DNA from: Chlorobiota bacterium | Lineage (GTDB): Bacteria; Bacteroidota; Ignavibacteria; Kapaibacteriales; UBA2268 | Length of the DNA stretch: 64,000 nt | Reading direction: 5' to 3' | Assembly (NCBI GenBank): GCA_046290495.1 | Contig: JBKAGT010000005.1 | Span: 80,039 to 144,038 of the forward strand | Shown here: positions 39,801 through 50,038 of the stretch, piece after piece | Numbering within the stretch: the first letter of the stretch is position 1 | How the letters are laid out: every line of letters begins with the position of its first letter | Position numbers and translations under genes: made by a program | Notes under the pieces: model-generated | Seen by the model: the letters and a program-made list of their open reading frames with translations, nothing else | The model's database searches: none | What the model was told of the DNA's origin: nothing

Positions 39801-40125
39801 CTCCTCCCGCGTCAGAGGTAAAGGAAATATATTTCCCATCAGGTGAGAATCTAGGTTGTACTTCCCAAGCTAACCCAGTTCTAATTGGGGTAGCTTTACC
39901 TCCTTTTCTAGGTATAGTATATATATCTCCAAGTAAATCAAATGCAATAGTCTTTCCATCAGGACTAACATCTAAGTTCATCCATGTTCCCTCACTCACA
40001 GTAAATTCAACATCTTTACCTTCTCGAGGAGGGTTATTCACATTCCATTCTTTTTCTTCAGCATTTATATTTATTGTTAAAATTAATACTAGTAGTACTA
40101 TAAATTTATTCATTATTATCTCCAT
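36835..40125 (-). CDS. Secreted amidohydrolase with TolB-like PD40 beta-propellers
   Basis: GTWMNLDVSPDG and repeated PRFSPDG/SPDG blades; C-terminal MPGLIDVHAH, GAHGQ, ATINGA and GKLADL. Start may be ATG 40113. Confidence 0.88.
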   Translation of the reverse strand: MEIIMNKFIVLLVLILTININAEEKEWNVNNPPREGKDVEFTVSEGTWMNLDVSPDGKTIAFDLLGDIYTIPRKGGKATPIRTGLAWEVQPRFSPDGKYISFTSDAGGADNIWIMNTDGSDAKQITKEDFRLLNNAVWSHDSEFLIARKHFTSTRSAGAGEMWMYHISGGSGIQLTKKKNDQQDVNEPSVSKVGKYLYYSEDMYPGGFFQYNKDPNKGIYVIKRYSLEDGDTETYISGSGSAFRPQISPDGKYLAFVSRVRTKTILFIKDTETGEEWPIFDKLIKDQQEAWAIFGVYPGFAWSPDGKSIVIYGNGKLWEVDVNTKDYTEIPFEVNARQKIQKTVRFDNKVHEDEIILKVLRGAVTSPDGNKIVYNAAGYLYIYDKNSKNAKRLTNDKNFEYEPSFSSDGTKLVYVTWSDSEKGKIMIYDFNSKSSKKVNLPKGIYRTPSLTKDKSTLLYLKESGNEHQGFDYTTNPGIYTLDLENSNSKPKLISESGEYPLLNNNDTRIYFQTGGYYFGSLDKGFHSVDLTGNDHKQHFSSKYSNKFVPSPDGNFIAFNELHKVYIARFPKSGQSIDLSANTKSIPIAEVASDAGINLHWSNDSKKLHWTLGADYHTISLEDSFDYINKNSENNESVKSDKIEIQTMVKSDKPDGLLAFTNARILTMDEDSTVIENGTVVIDENKILNFGFQDEVAIPKNAKVYDLKGKTIMPGLIDVHAHQGTFRYGLSPEKHWPYYANLAYGVTTTHDPSSNSEMVFSHSEMIKTGRMVGPRTYSTGIILYGADGDFKAVVNNLEDAKSHLRRTKAFGAFSVKSYNQPRRNQRQQIIEAARELEMLVFPEGGSHFFHNLSMVADGHTGIEHNIPVAPLYDDVLKFWSNTETHNTPTLVVNYGSVTGEYYWYQNTNVWEKERLLIFTPREVIDSRARHRTMIPNEEYDNGHILTSQSLKKMTDNGIKVNMGAHGQLQGLGAHWEMWMLHQGGMSNMEVLQAATINGATYLGMDSEIGSIETGKLADLIVIDGNPLDDIYTTENVVYTIINGRMYESETMDEIGNYDNPREDFWWNSDKYEGFDFHQRVNSFELPKCQCGYGTHIH

Positions 40126-41923
40126 TTCTATTTTCTTTTTCTATCCAATTATCAATCTTATCAGTTAACATAAATAATGGTATAGGTCCATCGCTTAATA
40201 TTAGTTCATGAAATATTTTGATATCGAATTTATCCTTTAATTCTTTACTTGCTTTGTCTCTAAGTTCAAGTATATGTCTCATACCTATTTTGTAACCTGT
40301 TGCCTGACCAGGCATTACTATATGTCTATCAACCATACTCACAGACTCTCCCATACTTGCTGGAGTATTGTTATTATAGAAATCTATTGCTTTTTGTCTG
40401 TCCCATCCTTTATCATGAATTCCTACATCAACAACTAACCTGCAAGCTCTCCAAAGTTCCATAGCTAATCGTCCAAAGTCAGAATAAGGGTCTTGATAAT
40501 AGCCAATTTCTTTTGGAAGAAGTTCAGAGTATAATCCCCAGCCTTCTACATAGCTCACATATAGATTTCCAACAACTCTGAATTTTGGTATGTTTTCCAA
40601 CTCTTGCGAAATTGCAATTTGCATGTGATGTCCAGGTATTCCCTCGTGGTAAGCTAGAGCTTCCATTTGATATATAGGCATACTTGACATATCATATAGA
40701 TTGGCATAATACATACCTGGTCTTTTACCATCGATTGATGGTGGCTCATAAAATGCTTTACCTGCACTTTTTTCTCTATATTCTTCTACCTTTTTGACAA
40801 CTAAATTAGTCTTTGGCTTTACTTTAAACAGTTGATCTAATTCAGTTTTCATTGTGTTGATTATAGCAGTTGCGCTATCAAGATACTTTTGTTTACCTTC
40901 TTCAGTATTCGGAAAATAGAATTGAGAATCTTCTCTCATAAACTTAAAAAATGCTTGTAAATTACCTTTGAAACCAACGTCTTCCTTTATTGCTGTCATT
41001 TCGTTATGGATTCTTTCTACTTCATTTATTCCATACTCATAAACTTCTTCAGGAGTAATATCAATTGTATTATTCATTTTAAGTTGGTATTTATAATATT
41101 CATTACCATTTGGTAGAGAAGATGCACCAATGCTATTACCTGAATACTTTTTGAGTTCTTTCAAATATTCAATTAAGCTAGTGTAACCTGAACTAAATTC
41201 ATTAGTAAGTGCTTTAATCAAATTGTTTACTAATTCTTCCTTTTCATCATTATCTTTGGATAAATTTTCTACTTTTTGTTTAAAGTCTGAAAAAATAGGA
41301 TGCGAATCAATATTAGATTCATCAACAATTAAATTTTCACTACTCCCTATAACATAATCTAAAATTAAATTCGGAGCAACAACATCACGATCTTTTCTGT
41401 TTTCAAGATTATCTATAAGCTGAGAAATCAACAAAGGGACTTTCTTAACACGAGTTATGTAATTCTCAGCATCTCGAACATTATCTATCTTATGTTGGTT
41501 TATCAAAGTGGAAGGAATTTTTGTGTGCCAACCATCCATTTGACTGACAGGGTAATCGTGAAATAGAAAGTCAAACCCATCTATTTCTGTTCTTAAGTTA
41601 TGAATATATATCTCAAAACTCTTAAGGGCCTGACCAGATAGATTATTAACATCAAATCTATTAGTAAGAATTTTAATGTTTTCTGTTAAAATTTTCTTTT
41701 CGGCAAGTTTCATACTATCTGATATATTATCCCACTTATCATCATTATCATGGAAACCATACTCAGTTTGTAATGCAGGATATCTGTCAACTTTTGCCTT
41801 CCAGACTGAGTCTATCCAAATTAAAAATTCCTCATTCTGATTATTATTTATTTTTTCTAGTTTGCTTTCTGTACAAGCACTAAGCGAAATTATTATAATT
41901 GATAATATTACTATTAACTTCAT
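40106..41923 (-). CDS. DUF885 family lipoprotein
   Basis: Lipobox LSAC; AYHEGIPGHHMQ, YVEGWGLYSE, WRACRLVVDVGIH and PGQATGYKIG. Confidence 0.9.
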   Translation of the reverse strand: MKLIVILSIIIISLSACTESKLEKINNNQNEEFLIWIDSVWKAKVDRYPALQTEYGFHDNDDKWDNISDSMKLAEKKILTENIKILTNRFDVNNLSGQALKSFEIYIHNLRTEIDGFDFLFHDYPVSQMDGWHTKIPSTLINQHKIDNVRDAENYITRVKKVPLLISQLIDNLENRKDRDVVAPNLILDYVIGSSENLIVDESNIDSHPIFSDFKQKVENLSKDNDEKEELVNNLIKALTNEFSSGYTSLIEYLKELKKYSGNSIGASSLPNGNEYYKYQLKMNNTIDITPEEVYEYGINEVERIHNEMTAIKEDVGFKGNLQAFFKFMREDSQFYFPNTEEGKQKYLDSATAIINTMKTELDQLFKVKPKTNLVVKKVEEYREKSAGKAFYEPPSIDGKRPGMYYANLYDMSSMPIYQMEALAYHEGIPGHHMQIAISQELENIPKFRVVGNLYVSYVEGWGLYSELLPKEIGYYQDPYSDFGRLAMELWRACRLVVDVGIHDKGWDRQKAIDFYNNNTPASMGESVSMVDRHIVMPGQATGYKIGMRHILELRDKASKELKDKFDIKIFHELILSDGPIPLFMLTDKIDNWIEKENRNGDNNE

Positions 41924-42029
41924 TTATATTGATATTGTTGATTTATAAAAAGATAAATATAAGCTATTATGTAACATTTTAAGAGTTTTATTATTAATTT
42001 GTTATACAGAGAACAAAAAAATAAATTTT

Positions 42030-45000
42030 ATGAAAATTATTTACATACTTATTACCTTTTTAATACCTTCACTCTTATTCAGTCAGAATATTAATCTGTA
42101 TAATATCAATGCAGATAATTTTCCACTGATTGAAGCTGATTTTTTTATTACTGATTCGGATGGTAATCAGATTACAAATGTAGGTAAAGATGATTTTCTA
42201 ATAACAGAAAAGCAGAGAGAGAAAATAATAAATAATGTTTCTTGTGTAACAGACTCATCAATAAGAAATATCTCTACAGTATTAACTTTAGATTTGTCTA
42301 GTTCAATGAGGGGTGCGAAGTTTGAATGGATTAAAGAGGCTTCGAGTGTATGGATTTCTCAAATGGATAGCTCTCGTGAAGAGACTGCAATAACGACTTT
42401 TGATGACGAAGCATTGTTATATTCCGATTTCAATATCAATAAAGAAAGTTTGTTAGAGATATTAGAGACACTTGAATTAAGAGATGGTACAAATTTTAGG
42501 ACAGCTTTTCTTGACCCTTATGCAGGTGCATTGGATGTTGCTAGAAGAGCTGATTATCAACCAATAATAGTCTTTCTAACTGATGGTGTAGGAACTACAG
42601 ATTTCAACGTAGCCGAAGTTGTTTCACTCGCTAAAAGTATGAATGCCATTGTTTATGCCATTTCTTTAGAAATTACCTTGCCAGATGAGATAAAAGAGGT
42701 TACTGATGCCACAGGTGGGTTATATTTTGAAGAAGTTGATAATAGAGATAAACTAGTCGAAGTTTACAATACGATTAGAAAAATTGCTCTTAGGACTGCA
42801 CCTTGTAAAATTTCATGGTTTACAGATGGTTGTCTTTTAGGGAAAGAGGCAAAAATAGAGTACACTCCTGAGGAAATAAGTAAAGAATTCAGCTTTGATA
42901 ATCCAGGATTTAAGCCTCCACAGTTTGAGATTATAGATAGCGAATTTGCTTTGTTTGATTGTAATGTGCCAAATACATATAAGATGAGACTTAGAGCATT
43001 AAACAGTAATATAGAAGTAACTGGGATAGATAAGGTAAGTGGAATTAATGCTTGTATACAATTTGATGCTTCTATTATTGATAAAGAACTTCCTTTTCTA
43101 CTGGAAAAAGATTCAGTAATGGAAATAGAAATTTCATATTTAGGTCAAAATGCAGAATATAATTTTTGCCAGTTTACTATTAACTCAAGCACATGTTTGA
43201 ATGTAGATTTTTACGCTGTGAGTAATTGTTTAAACTCTCCACCAAAAAATGTTATTCTAAATGTTGAATATCCAAATGGTGGTGAAATTATAAAATCTGG
43301 CAGTAAACAAGAAATCAAATGGTCTGGTTCGCAAAAAGATAAGAACAAAATTATTGAATATTCCACAAATTCTGGTGCATCTTGGAATTTGGTTACATCA
43401 GGTAAATTAGATAAAACAGTACTGTGGAATACTCCAAATGTCGAGAGTGATAAATGTTTAGTCAGAGTTCAACAAATGAGCGAAATGGCTGGTAGAAAGC
43501 TATATAGTTTGAATATAGATTCTGTAAATGTGAATAAAGTAAGTTGGAACAATGCAGGGAATGTTTTTGCAGTACTATCAGACAATGGCAAAATTTATTT
43601 AGTAAATAGTGTTGTTGGTGAAATAGCTAATGTCTTTGATTTAGGTAATTCCGGCGATGGAGACATTAATTTTTTACCAGATGGTGTCAGATTATTATAT
43701 AGCTCAGCTAATGGAACCGAGCTGATAAACCTAATATCACAAGAAGTCACTCCAATAAGTGGCTTTGGAGGTGAAATAGAGTTTAGCTTTAACAGTGATA
43801 TCGGATTGATATATAACAATTCTGAGTTGAGAATCTTAGATTTGAGAACTTTGACATTTATTAATCAATTTAATTTACCTCCCGGAGCTTCAGAGATAAC
43901 TGATGGTGCTATATCCAAAAGTTCAAATAAGATAGTTGTTTCAACCTCTACTAACAATAAGCCAGATTCTCTTTACATATTGACCAAACTCGATAAATGG
44001 GCTAATTATACTATATACACTATTATAGATGATGTTTTTAATTATTCATATCAGTTTGTCGAATGGAGTCATGATGAGAATTACATAATATCAACTTCTA
44101 GAATAGGAGATGAGAAATGGCTAGAAATTTGGGATGTTTCAACAGGAATCAAGATTGATAAATTATTTGCACCAACTTTTTCTGAAATTCGAGATTTATC
44201 TACATCATATTATGACAATTATGTTGTAATGGTTGATAGGTCACTTAATGTTATTGTTTGGGAGTGGGATCTAAATGATGATAATATTTTTAGTAAAAAA
44301 TATGACCTTAAATCAGAAACATCCGTGAATAACGATATAGAGTGGAGTAAGGATGGGACCAGATTTGCAGTAGGCCAAAAAGGATTGAAAAACGATAGTC
44401 TATTAACTGTCTATTCTGTTAAATCATATCCTGAAGTACTTGATATTTCTGACTCTACTTTCACATTAGTAAGAAACCCGATATTAGTTAATGATATCAA
44501 CATGGGTAATGTATTTGTCAATAGTACTAAAGATTCAACAATTAGCTCATTGATAACCTACTCTTATCCCTTTGAATTAGAAATGGATTCTATTTCTATT
44601 AGTGGACTAGATGCATTTAATTTTGATATATCAAATAGTCCTAATTTGCCTGCAATATTATCAAATATAAGTCAACCTGATTTTCAATTTGAGTTTAAAC
44701 CAACAAGACAAGGACTTCATACAGCTAAAGCAACATTACACACTAAATACGGGAGTAGTGAATTTGAACTTGCGGGCAATGGTGTAAAGCCACTTTTAGG
44801 CAAAACTGATCTTTCATTTGGTGAAGTAAATGTAGATGATGAAAAAATTATGACTCAAAAGGTCTTAATTAATAATGGAACTAGTGACTTGAAAATAAAA
44901 TCTATTGAACTAATTAACCCTTCAAAAGAACAATTCAAACTATATGACAATACAGTTGAAGTTTTAGAAATTAGTGATATTCTATTGAGTCCAAATGAAG

Positions 45001-47009
45001 AGTACGAACTGCAAACATCATTCTTACCTAATGATGATTTAATATTTAATTCAAGAATTGAGGTTGAATATTTTAATGACATAAATGTGCTAGATACAGT
45101 ATATATTAAATTAGATGGTAGGGGAATAAAACCTCAATTAGTTTACTATGAATATAACTTTGGTATTGTTCAATGTGATGAATTTATTGAAGATTCAATT
45201 ACTATATATAATAATGGGTCTGGGGAATTAATTATAAGAGAAATTGATTTGAATAAAATTAATTTCGAATTTTTAGATAATACACTAAACTCACTTTCAA
45301 TTTTAGAGAATGATTCTGCTAAAATTGGAATAAGATTTAGACCAATTGACTTTGGTATTATTAAGGACTCTATAATTTTTATTAGTAATTCTCATAAAGA
45401 CTCAGTAAAAGTAATGTATTTGAACGGAAGACGACTTAATACATCATTCCAAATAATTGGTGATACTGATTTCATAGGAATAGATGAAAATTCAGTTGTC
45501 AATGAGGATTTTGAAATATTAAATGATGGTAAGACTAATCTAGTATGGAATACACCTATAGTCTCTGGCGATGGTAGTATCGTTATTAATTCTGTCAATC
45601 CTAACCCAACCCTACCTGGTGATGTATCTAAGGTATCCATTACAATTAATAGTGGTGATAAAGGAGAAGTATATAAATACAAGTTCTCACCAGAACCACT
45701 TTGCGCTGATAGTATAGAAGTGAATGCAGAAGTTAAAAGTACTTCTCCTACTTTATATTTTGACGTGGAAGATAGTTATAGAATAGTTTGTGAAGATGAG
45801 TTTAATGTAAAAATACCTATTAATAATATAGGAGAAGCAAATTTAGTAATTGACTCTCTAAAGTTATCTAGTGATAATAGTTCATTTGAAATTAACAGTA
45901 ATTCGTTTACCATTATGCCAAACCAAAGCGATACAATTGATATTTCTTTCAGAAACGGAGTTCCTAATGAATATAAAATTATATTATTGGTTTATTCTAA
46001 TGATTCTAAATCAGAGAGTGGAGTTACATCCATACCAATTACAATCATTAAGGAAACACTTGATTATGAAATTGTAGAGAGTGTCGTTACATTTGACTAT
46101 TTAAATAACAATGTACCTGGTACAAAAAGTGTTAGACTTGTTAACAAAGGTACGATTCCAATAAGATGGGATTTGAATTTGAGTCCTGACTATAAAGTAT
46201 TATCTATATCTCCTCCTATTGCCGATTCTGGTGATACTTCAATTGTAAGATTTATATATATAGGAAATAAAGAAATCTTTGCGACTGATGAATTTGTTGT
46301 AATTGATTCTTGTGGAAATGAAAAGAAAATTGACATCAATATATTGGGCAAAGGAACTGAAACTATTAATATAAGTGTTGGCGATGAGTTTCGAAATATT
46401 GGTGAAAGATTTAAGCTTAAGCTTCAATTTGAAAGTTCGAAAAATTTTGTTAACAATGAAGTTTTGAGAGGTAATATTAAGTTTAACAGAACATTAATGG
46501 GAACATATAATTCTAACAGCAATACTAATTCTGGAAATAGGATTGTGCCATTTGAAATAGAAAATTTAAGTGAAGACTTTGAAATAGAATTTGACATGAT
46601 AGCTTTATGGGGAAATGATTCTTGTACTTCAATAACTGTAAATAACTTAGAAATGGAAAATTCTAATGTTAATATAAGTTATACAGTAGATCAAGGAGAA
46701 TTGTGTATCATCGATTTGTGTTATGCAGATGGTGCTAGATTGCTAAAGAGTAATATGCAAGATGAAAATAACATTGAAATTACAAGTAATAATAATCAAA
46801 TAAAATTAAAAGTGAAGTCAATTGAGCAGAGTGATTTAGAAGTTTCATTGTATGATTTCTATGGTAGAGAAATGAAAAAAGAAATTTTCTCTTATTCAAA
46901 GGACAATAATTACTTAATGAATATAGGAAGTCTAAATTCAGGTAGTTACTTCGTAAAGGTCAAGACGTATAGTCAAATATTTAATGAGAAAATACTAATT
47001 ATTAAGTAA
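42030..47009 (+). CDS. Large secreted protein: VWA + WD40 propeller + multiple Ig-like (choice-of-anchor D-like) domains + T9SS C-terminal domain
   Basis: MIDAS motif DLSSSM...GT...FLTDG; YPNGGE; WD-like blades; repeated FGEV/N-x-G-x-x-x-L-x-I modules; C-terminal LYDFYGRE...LNSGSYFVKV...KILIIK. Confidence 0.8.
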   Translation: MKIIYILITFLIPSLLFSQNINLYNINADNFPLIEADFFITDSDGNQITNVGKDDFLITEKQREKIINNVSCVTDSSIRNISTVLTLDLSSSMRGAKFEWIKEASSVWISQMDSSREETAITTFDDEALLYSDFNINKESLLEILETLELRDGTNFRTAFLDPYAGALDVARRADYQPIIVFLTDGVGTTDFNVAEVVSLAKSMNAIVYAISLEITLPDEIKEVTDATGGLYFEEVDNRDKLVEVYNTIRKIALRTAPCKISWFTDGCLLGKEAKIEYTPEEISKEFSFDNPGFKPPQFEIIDSEFALFDCNVPNTYKMRLRALNSNIEVTGIDKVSGINACIQFDASIIDKELPFLLEKDSVMEIEISYLGQNAEYNFCQFTINSSTCLNVDFYAVSNCLNSPPKNVILNVEYPNGGEIIKSGSKQEIKWSGSQKDKNKIIEYSTNSGASWNLVTSGKLDKTVLWNTPNVESDKCLVRVQQMSEMAGRKLYSLNIDSVNVNKVSWNNAGNVFAVLSDNGKIYLVNSVVGEIANVFDLGNSGDGDINFLPDGVRLLYSSANGTELINLISQEVTPISGFGGEIEFSFNSDIGLIYNNSELRILDLRTLTFINQFNLPPGASEITDGAISKSSNKIVVSTSTNNKPDSLYILTKLDKWANYTIYTIIDDVFNYSYQFVEWSHDENYIISTSRIGDEKWLEIWDVSTGIKIDKLFAPTFSEIRDLSTSYYDNYVVMVDRSLNVIVWEWDLNDDNIFSKKYDLKSETSVNNDIEWSKDGTRFAVGQKGLKNDSLLTVYSVKSYPEVLDISDSTFTLVRNPILVNDINMGNVFVNSTKDSTISSLITYSYPFELEMDSISISGLDAFNFDISNSPNLPAILSNISQPDFQFEFKPTRQGLHTAKATLHTKYGSSEFELAGNGVKPLLGKTDLSFGEVNVDDEKIMTQKVLINNGTSDLKIKSIELINPSKEQFKLYDNTVEVLEISDILLSPNEEYELQTSFLPNDDLIFNSRIEVEYFNDINVLDTVYIKLDGRGIKPQLVYYEYNFGIVQCDEFIEDSITIYNNGSGELIIREIDLNKINFEFLDNTLNSLSILENDSAKIGIRFRPIDFGIIKDSIIFISNSHKDSVKVMYLNGRRLNTSFQIIGDTDFIGIDENSVVNEDFEILNDGKTNLVWNTPIVSGDGSIVINSVNPNPTLPGDVSKVSITINSGDKGEVYKYKFSPEPLCADSIEVNAEVKSTSPTLYFDVEDSYRIVCEDEFNVKIPINNIGEANLVIDSLKLSSDNSSFEINSNSFTIMPNQSDTIDISFRNGVPNEYKIILLVYSNDSKSESGVTSIPITIIKETLDYEIVESVVTFDYLNNNVPGTKSVRLVNKGTIPIRWDLNLSPDYKVLSISPPIADSGDTSIVRFIYIGNKEIFATDEFVVIDSCGNEKKIDINILGKGTETINISVGDEFRNIGERFKLKLQFESSKNFVNNEVLRGNIKFNRTLMGTYNSNSNTNSGNRIVPFEIENLSEDFEIEFDMIALWGNDSCTSITVNNLEMENSNVNISYTVDQGELCIIDLCYADGARLLKSNMQDENNIEITSNNNQIKLKVKSIEQSDLEVSLYDFYGREMKKEIFSYSKDNNYLMNIGSLNSGSYFVKVKTYSQIFNEKILIIK

Positions 47010-47015
47010 TATGTA

Positions 47016-47828
47016 TTATCTTTTAATATTTATATCACTCTTAGGGTATGGTATATCTATACCATTTTTATTAAAAGTTTGTACTATTTGATGTCTTAAT
47101 TCAGATTGCACACCAAATCCTTCCCAAGGGTCTTTAACATAAAAACATAGCCTATATTTATAAGAACTATCCGCAATCTCATCAAACATAACAAATGGTT
47201 CAGGTTTTTTCAGTATTAAACTATGATTATCAGCTATATTTAAAAGTACTTTTTTAACTAATTCTAAATCAGAATTAAATGCTATATTGAATACAACTTG
47301 AAAACGTACGGGATGGTTAATACCATCATGATAATTTATTACACGCTCAGTTACAATCTTGGAGTTGGGTACAATTATGTGAGAATTATCAAAACTAATT
47401 GCTTTAGAAGTCCTCAAGCCAATTTTAACTATTCTTTTGTAATCATTTTCAAGTATTACTATATCTCCTACTTTGATTGATCCTTCAAATAACAAAATAA
47501 TTCCAGATATAAAATCATTAAAAGTTTGCTGTAAGCCAATACCAATCCCAACCAATAGAGCTGCACTACCTGCTAATAACAAAGTAACATCAAAACCGAT
47601 GAAATCTAGATAAATTGAGAATCCTACTACCCATAATAAATACTTGAATAAATTATACACAGCAAAAGAACTACCTTTATCTCTTTTCGAATATTTAAAG
47701 ATTAAAGTCTTAAATATTTTTGAAATGATTTTGAGACAAGCGATAAATATTATAAGTGCAATAATATCACTTATTTGTATAGATACTTTAGAAATTGTAA
47801 ATAGACTTATATCCAAAAAATCATTCAT
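47016..47828 (-). CDS. mscS: Mechanosensitive ion channel MscS family
   Basis: GIGIGLQQTFNDFISGIILLFEGSIKVGD, IIVPNS and GIDIPYP. Confidence 0.9.
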   Translation of the reverse strand: MNDFLDISLFTISKVSIQISDIIALIIFIACLKIISKIFKTLIFKYSKRDKGSSFAVYNLFKYLLWVVGFSIYLDFIGFDVTLLLAGSAALLVGIGIGLQQTFNDFISGIILLFEGSIKVGDIVILENDYKRIVKIGLRTSKAISFDNSHIIVPNSKIVTERVINYHDGINHPVRFQVVFNIAFNSDLELVKKVLLNIADNHSLILKKPEPFVMFDEIADSSYKYRLCFYVKDPWEGFGVQSELRHQIVQTFNKNGIDIPYPKSDINIKR

Positions 47829-47898
47829 TTTTGTATTGTTCTGTTTGTTTTTATAATTTAATGTAAATAATAATTCAATTTAATAAATTATAGGCACC

Positions 47899-48678
47899 AT
47901 GATGTTTAAACTATTAACGATTTTTGTATTAACTATTGCAATAAATTTTACATCTTTTGCTGGAGTAAAATTAGAGTATATCAATTATGAAGGAAATGAT
48001 AAATCAAATGCAACCACAAATGTTGTAATATTAACAGATACCGAAATGCTTATAGAAAATAACTCATCTGAAGGAAATGTGACTATGGTCTATAATTCCG
48101 AATTAGATAATATTACTATTGTAAACCATACAAATAAACAGTATATGAAATTTAGTAAGGAAAAATTAGAAAGCATGAAGAAGCAAATAAGTGGCTATAT
48201 GGATCAGATAAAACAGCAACTTGCTAACTTACCAGATGCTCAGAGAAAGCAAATGGAGAAAATGATGGAACAGCAAATGGGAGGTCCTTTATCTACGGAA
48301 TATTCTATTTCTAATACTGGAAATTCGAAAAATATAAATGGTTGGAATACAACAAAATATGAACTAAAAACTGATGGTTCGACTACCTCAGAAATCTGGG
48401 CAATAAGCTTTAGTGAGTTGGATGTCAATAGTAATGACTTGAAAATAATGAAAGATTTTACACAGTTTAGTGCTACTATGTTAGATGCGATTCCAAATGC
48501 CAAAAAAGATCCCTTTTCTGCAATATACGATGAGTTTGAAGGCTTACCTGTAATGACTAAGAATATCAAAACTAACTCAGTTTCTGAATTAACTTCTGTT
48601 GAAAATTATAGTAATGATATCGAATTTGAAATCCCAAATGATTACACAGAACAGTCATTAAATCTTCCTAACAGGTAG
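47899..48678 (+). CDS. DUF4412-like secreted protein
   Basis: Signal peptide, QLANLPDAQRKQMEKMM helical insert, TGNSKNINGWNTTKY and FEIPNDY. Confidence 0.65.
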   Translation: MMFKLLTIFVLTIAINFTSFAGVKLEYINYEGNDKSNATTNVVILTDTEMLIENNSSEGNVTMVYNSELDNITIVNHTNKQYMKFSKEKLESMKKQISGYMDQIKQQLANLPDAQRKQMEKMMEQQMGGPLSTEYSISNTGNSKNINGWNTTKYELKTDGSTTSEIWAISFSELDVNSNDLKIMKDFTQFSATMLDAIPNAKKDPFSAIYDEFEGLPVMTKNIKTNSVSELTSVENYSNDIEFEIPNDYTEQSLNLPNR

Positions 48679-48682
48679 TTAA

Positions 48683-50038
48683 ATGAGAATACAGAAGGTC
48701 TGCTTATTGCTTTTGTTTATTTTTCTATATTCGTGCGATATAGAAAAACCTAAATATACTTTAAATGTAGAAAATCAGAGTAAGCAAAAAACTTCTAAAG
48801 CAAAGAATATAATAATTATGATAGCAGATGGTTGCGGCTTCAATCACATAGAGGCCGCAAATTACTATCAAAATGGGAAGTTAAATTCTCAATCATATGA
48901 AAACTTCCCAGTATACTTTCCTGTCTCGACTTCTCCTGCTCTCTCAGGTAAGTTCAAATCAAAAAGTGGTCTTTCTTGGGAAAATGGTTATAACTCTGGA
49001 AAAACCTATAGCGACGAAGAGTTCAGAATGAGTGGTTACACTGGTTCAGGTGCAGCTGCAACAGCAATTGCAACAGGAAGAAAGACATACAATTCTTCAA
49101 TAGGGATGGATGTTAATTTCAGACCATTAAAATCAATATTAAATAGGGCAAAAGATTTAGGTAAATCTACTGCGGTAGTTACATCAGTTCAATTTTCTCA
49201 TGCTACTCCAGCTTCATTTGTAACGAATAACGTAAATAGAAATAATTACGAAGAAATTTCTAAAACAATGATAAACAGTGATGTAGATATTATTTTTGGT
49301 TGTGGAAATCCAGAGTTTAACTCTGATGGAAAAAAAATAAATCCTACTGAATATAAATATGTTGGTGGAAAGAATCTTTGGAGTAAATTAAAAAACAACA
49401 CACAAAACAGGAGATTAATAACTTCAAAAAAAGATTTTTTAAATTTAATTAAAGAACCCTCAAATATGAAGCTACTTGGAGTACCTGAAGTAGCATATAC
49501 ATTACAAGATGATAGGGGAGGTGACAAACAAGCAGATGCTTTCTTTGTACCAAATTTAAAAAATATCCCAAATCTATCTGAATTGTCATTAGCAGCATTA
49601 CAATGTTTAAACGAGAATGAAAAAGGATTTTTCATTATGATTGAAGGAGGAGCTGTCGACTGGGCATCACATTCTAACTATTCAGGAAGGATGATTGAGG
49701 AACTAATTGATTTTAATATAGCTGTTGATTCAGTTATTAATTGGATAGAAAGTAATTCAAGTTGGGAAGAAACACTCCTTATTATAACAGCTGATCATGA
49801 AACTGGGTATTTGACTGGTAATAGTGGTTTTAATAGTAAAGTATCATCAAATGGTAAAAAAATAATGCCAGACATGAAATGGAATAGCACAAGTCACACT
49901 AATGTATTAATTCCATTGTTTGCTAAAGGAAAAGGTTCCGAACTATTCGATGATTATGCTGATGAAGTGGATTCGCTAAGAGGGTATTTCATCCAAAACA
50001 CTGAGATTGGACAAGTAATGTTTAGAGTATTTAATTAG
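48683..50038 (+). CDS. phoA: Alkaline phosphatase (lipoprotein)
   Basis: Lipobox LYSC; IADGCG, TGSGAAAT (catalytic Ser), HATPA, EGGAVDWASH, TADHETG and HT. Confidence 0.88.
   Translation: MRIQKVCLLLLFIFLYSCDIEKPKYTLNVENQSKQKTSKAKNIIIMIADGCGFNHIEAANYYQNGKLNSQSYENFPVYFPVSTSPALSGKFKSKSGLSWENGYNSGKTYSDEEFRMSGYTGSGAAATAIATGRKTYNSSIGMDVNFRPLKSILNRAKDLGKSTAVVTSVQFSHATPASFVTNNVNRNNYEEISKTMINSDVDIIFGCGNPEFNSDGKKINPTEYKYVGGKNLWSKLKNNTQNRRLITSKKDFLNLIKEPSNMKLLGVPEVAYTLQDDRGGDKQADAFFVPNLKNIPNLSELSLAALQCLNENEKGFFIMIEGGAVDWASHSNYSGRMIEELIDFNIAVDSVINWIESNSSWEETLLIITADHETGYLTGNSGFNSKVSSNGKKIMPDMKWNSTSHTNVLIPLFAKGKGSELFDDYADEVDSLRGYFIQNTEIGQVMFRVFN

Noticed and set aside
44261-44270. Second GAGTGGGA copy as a partner att site
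   Set aside because: It lies inside the VWA protein coding sequence (VWEWD), on the opposite strand and 20 kb away, and is explained by codons.
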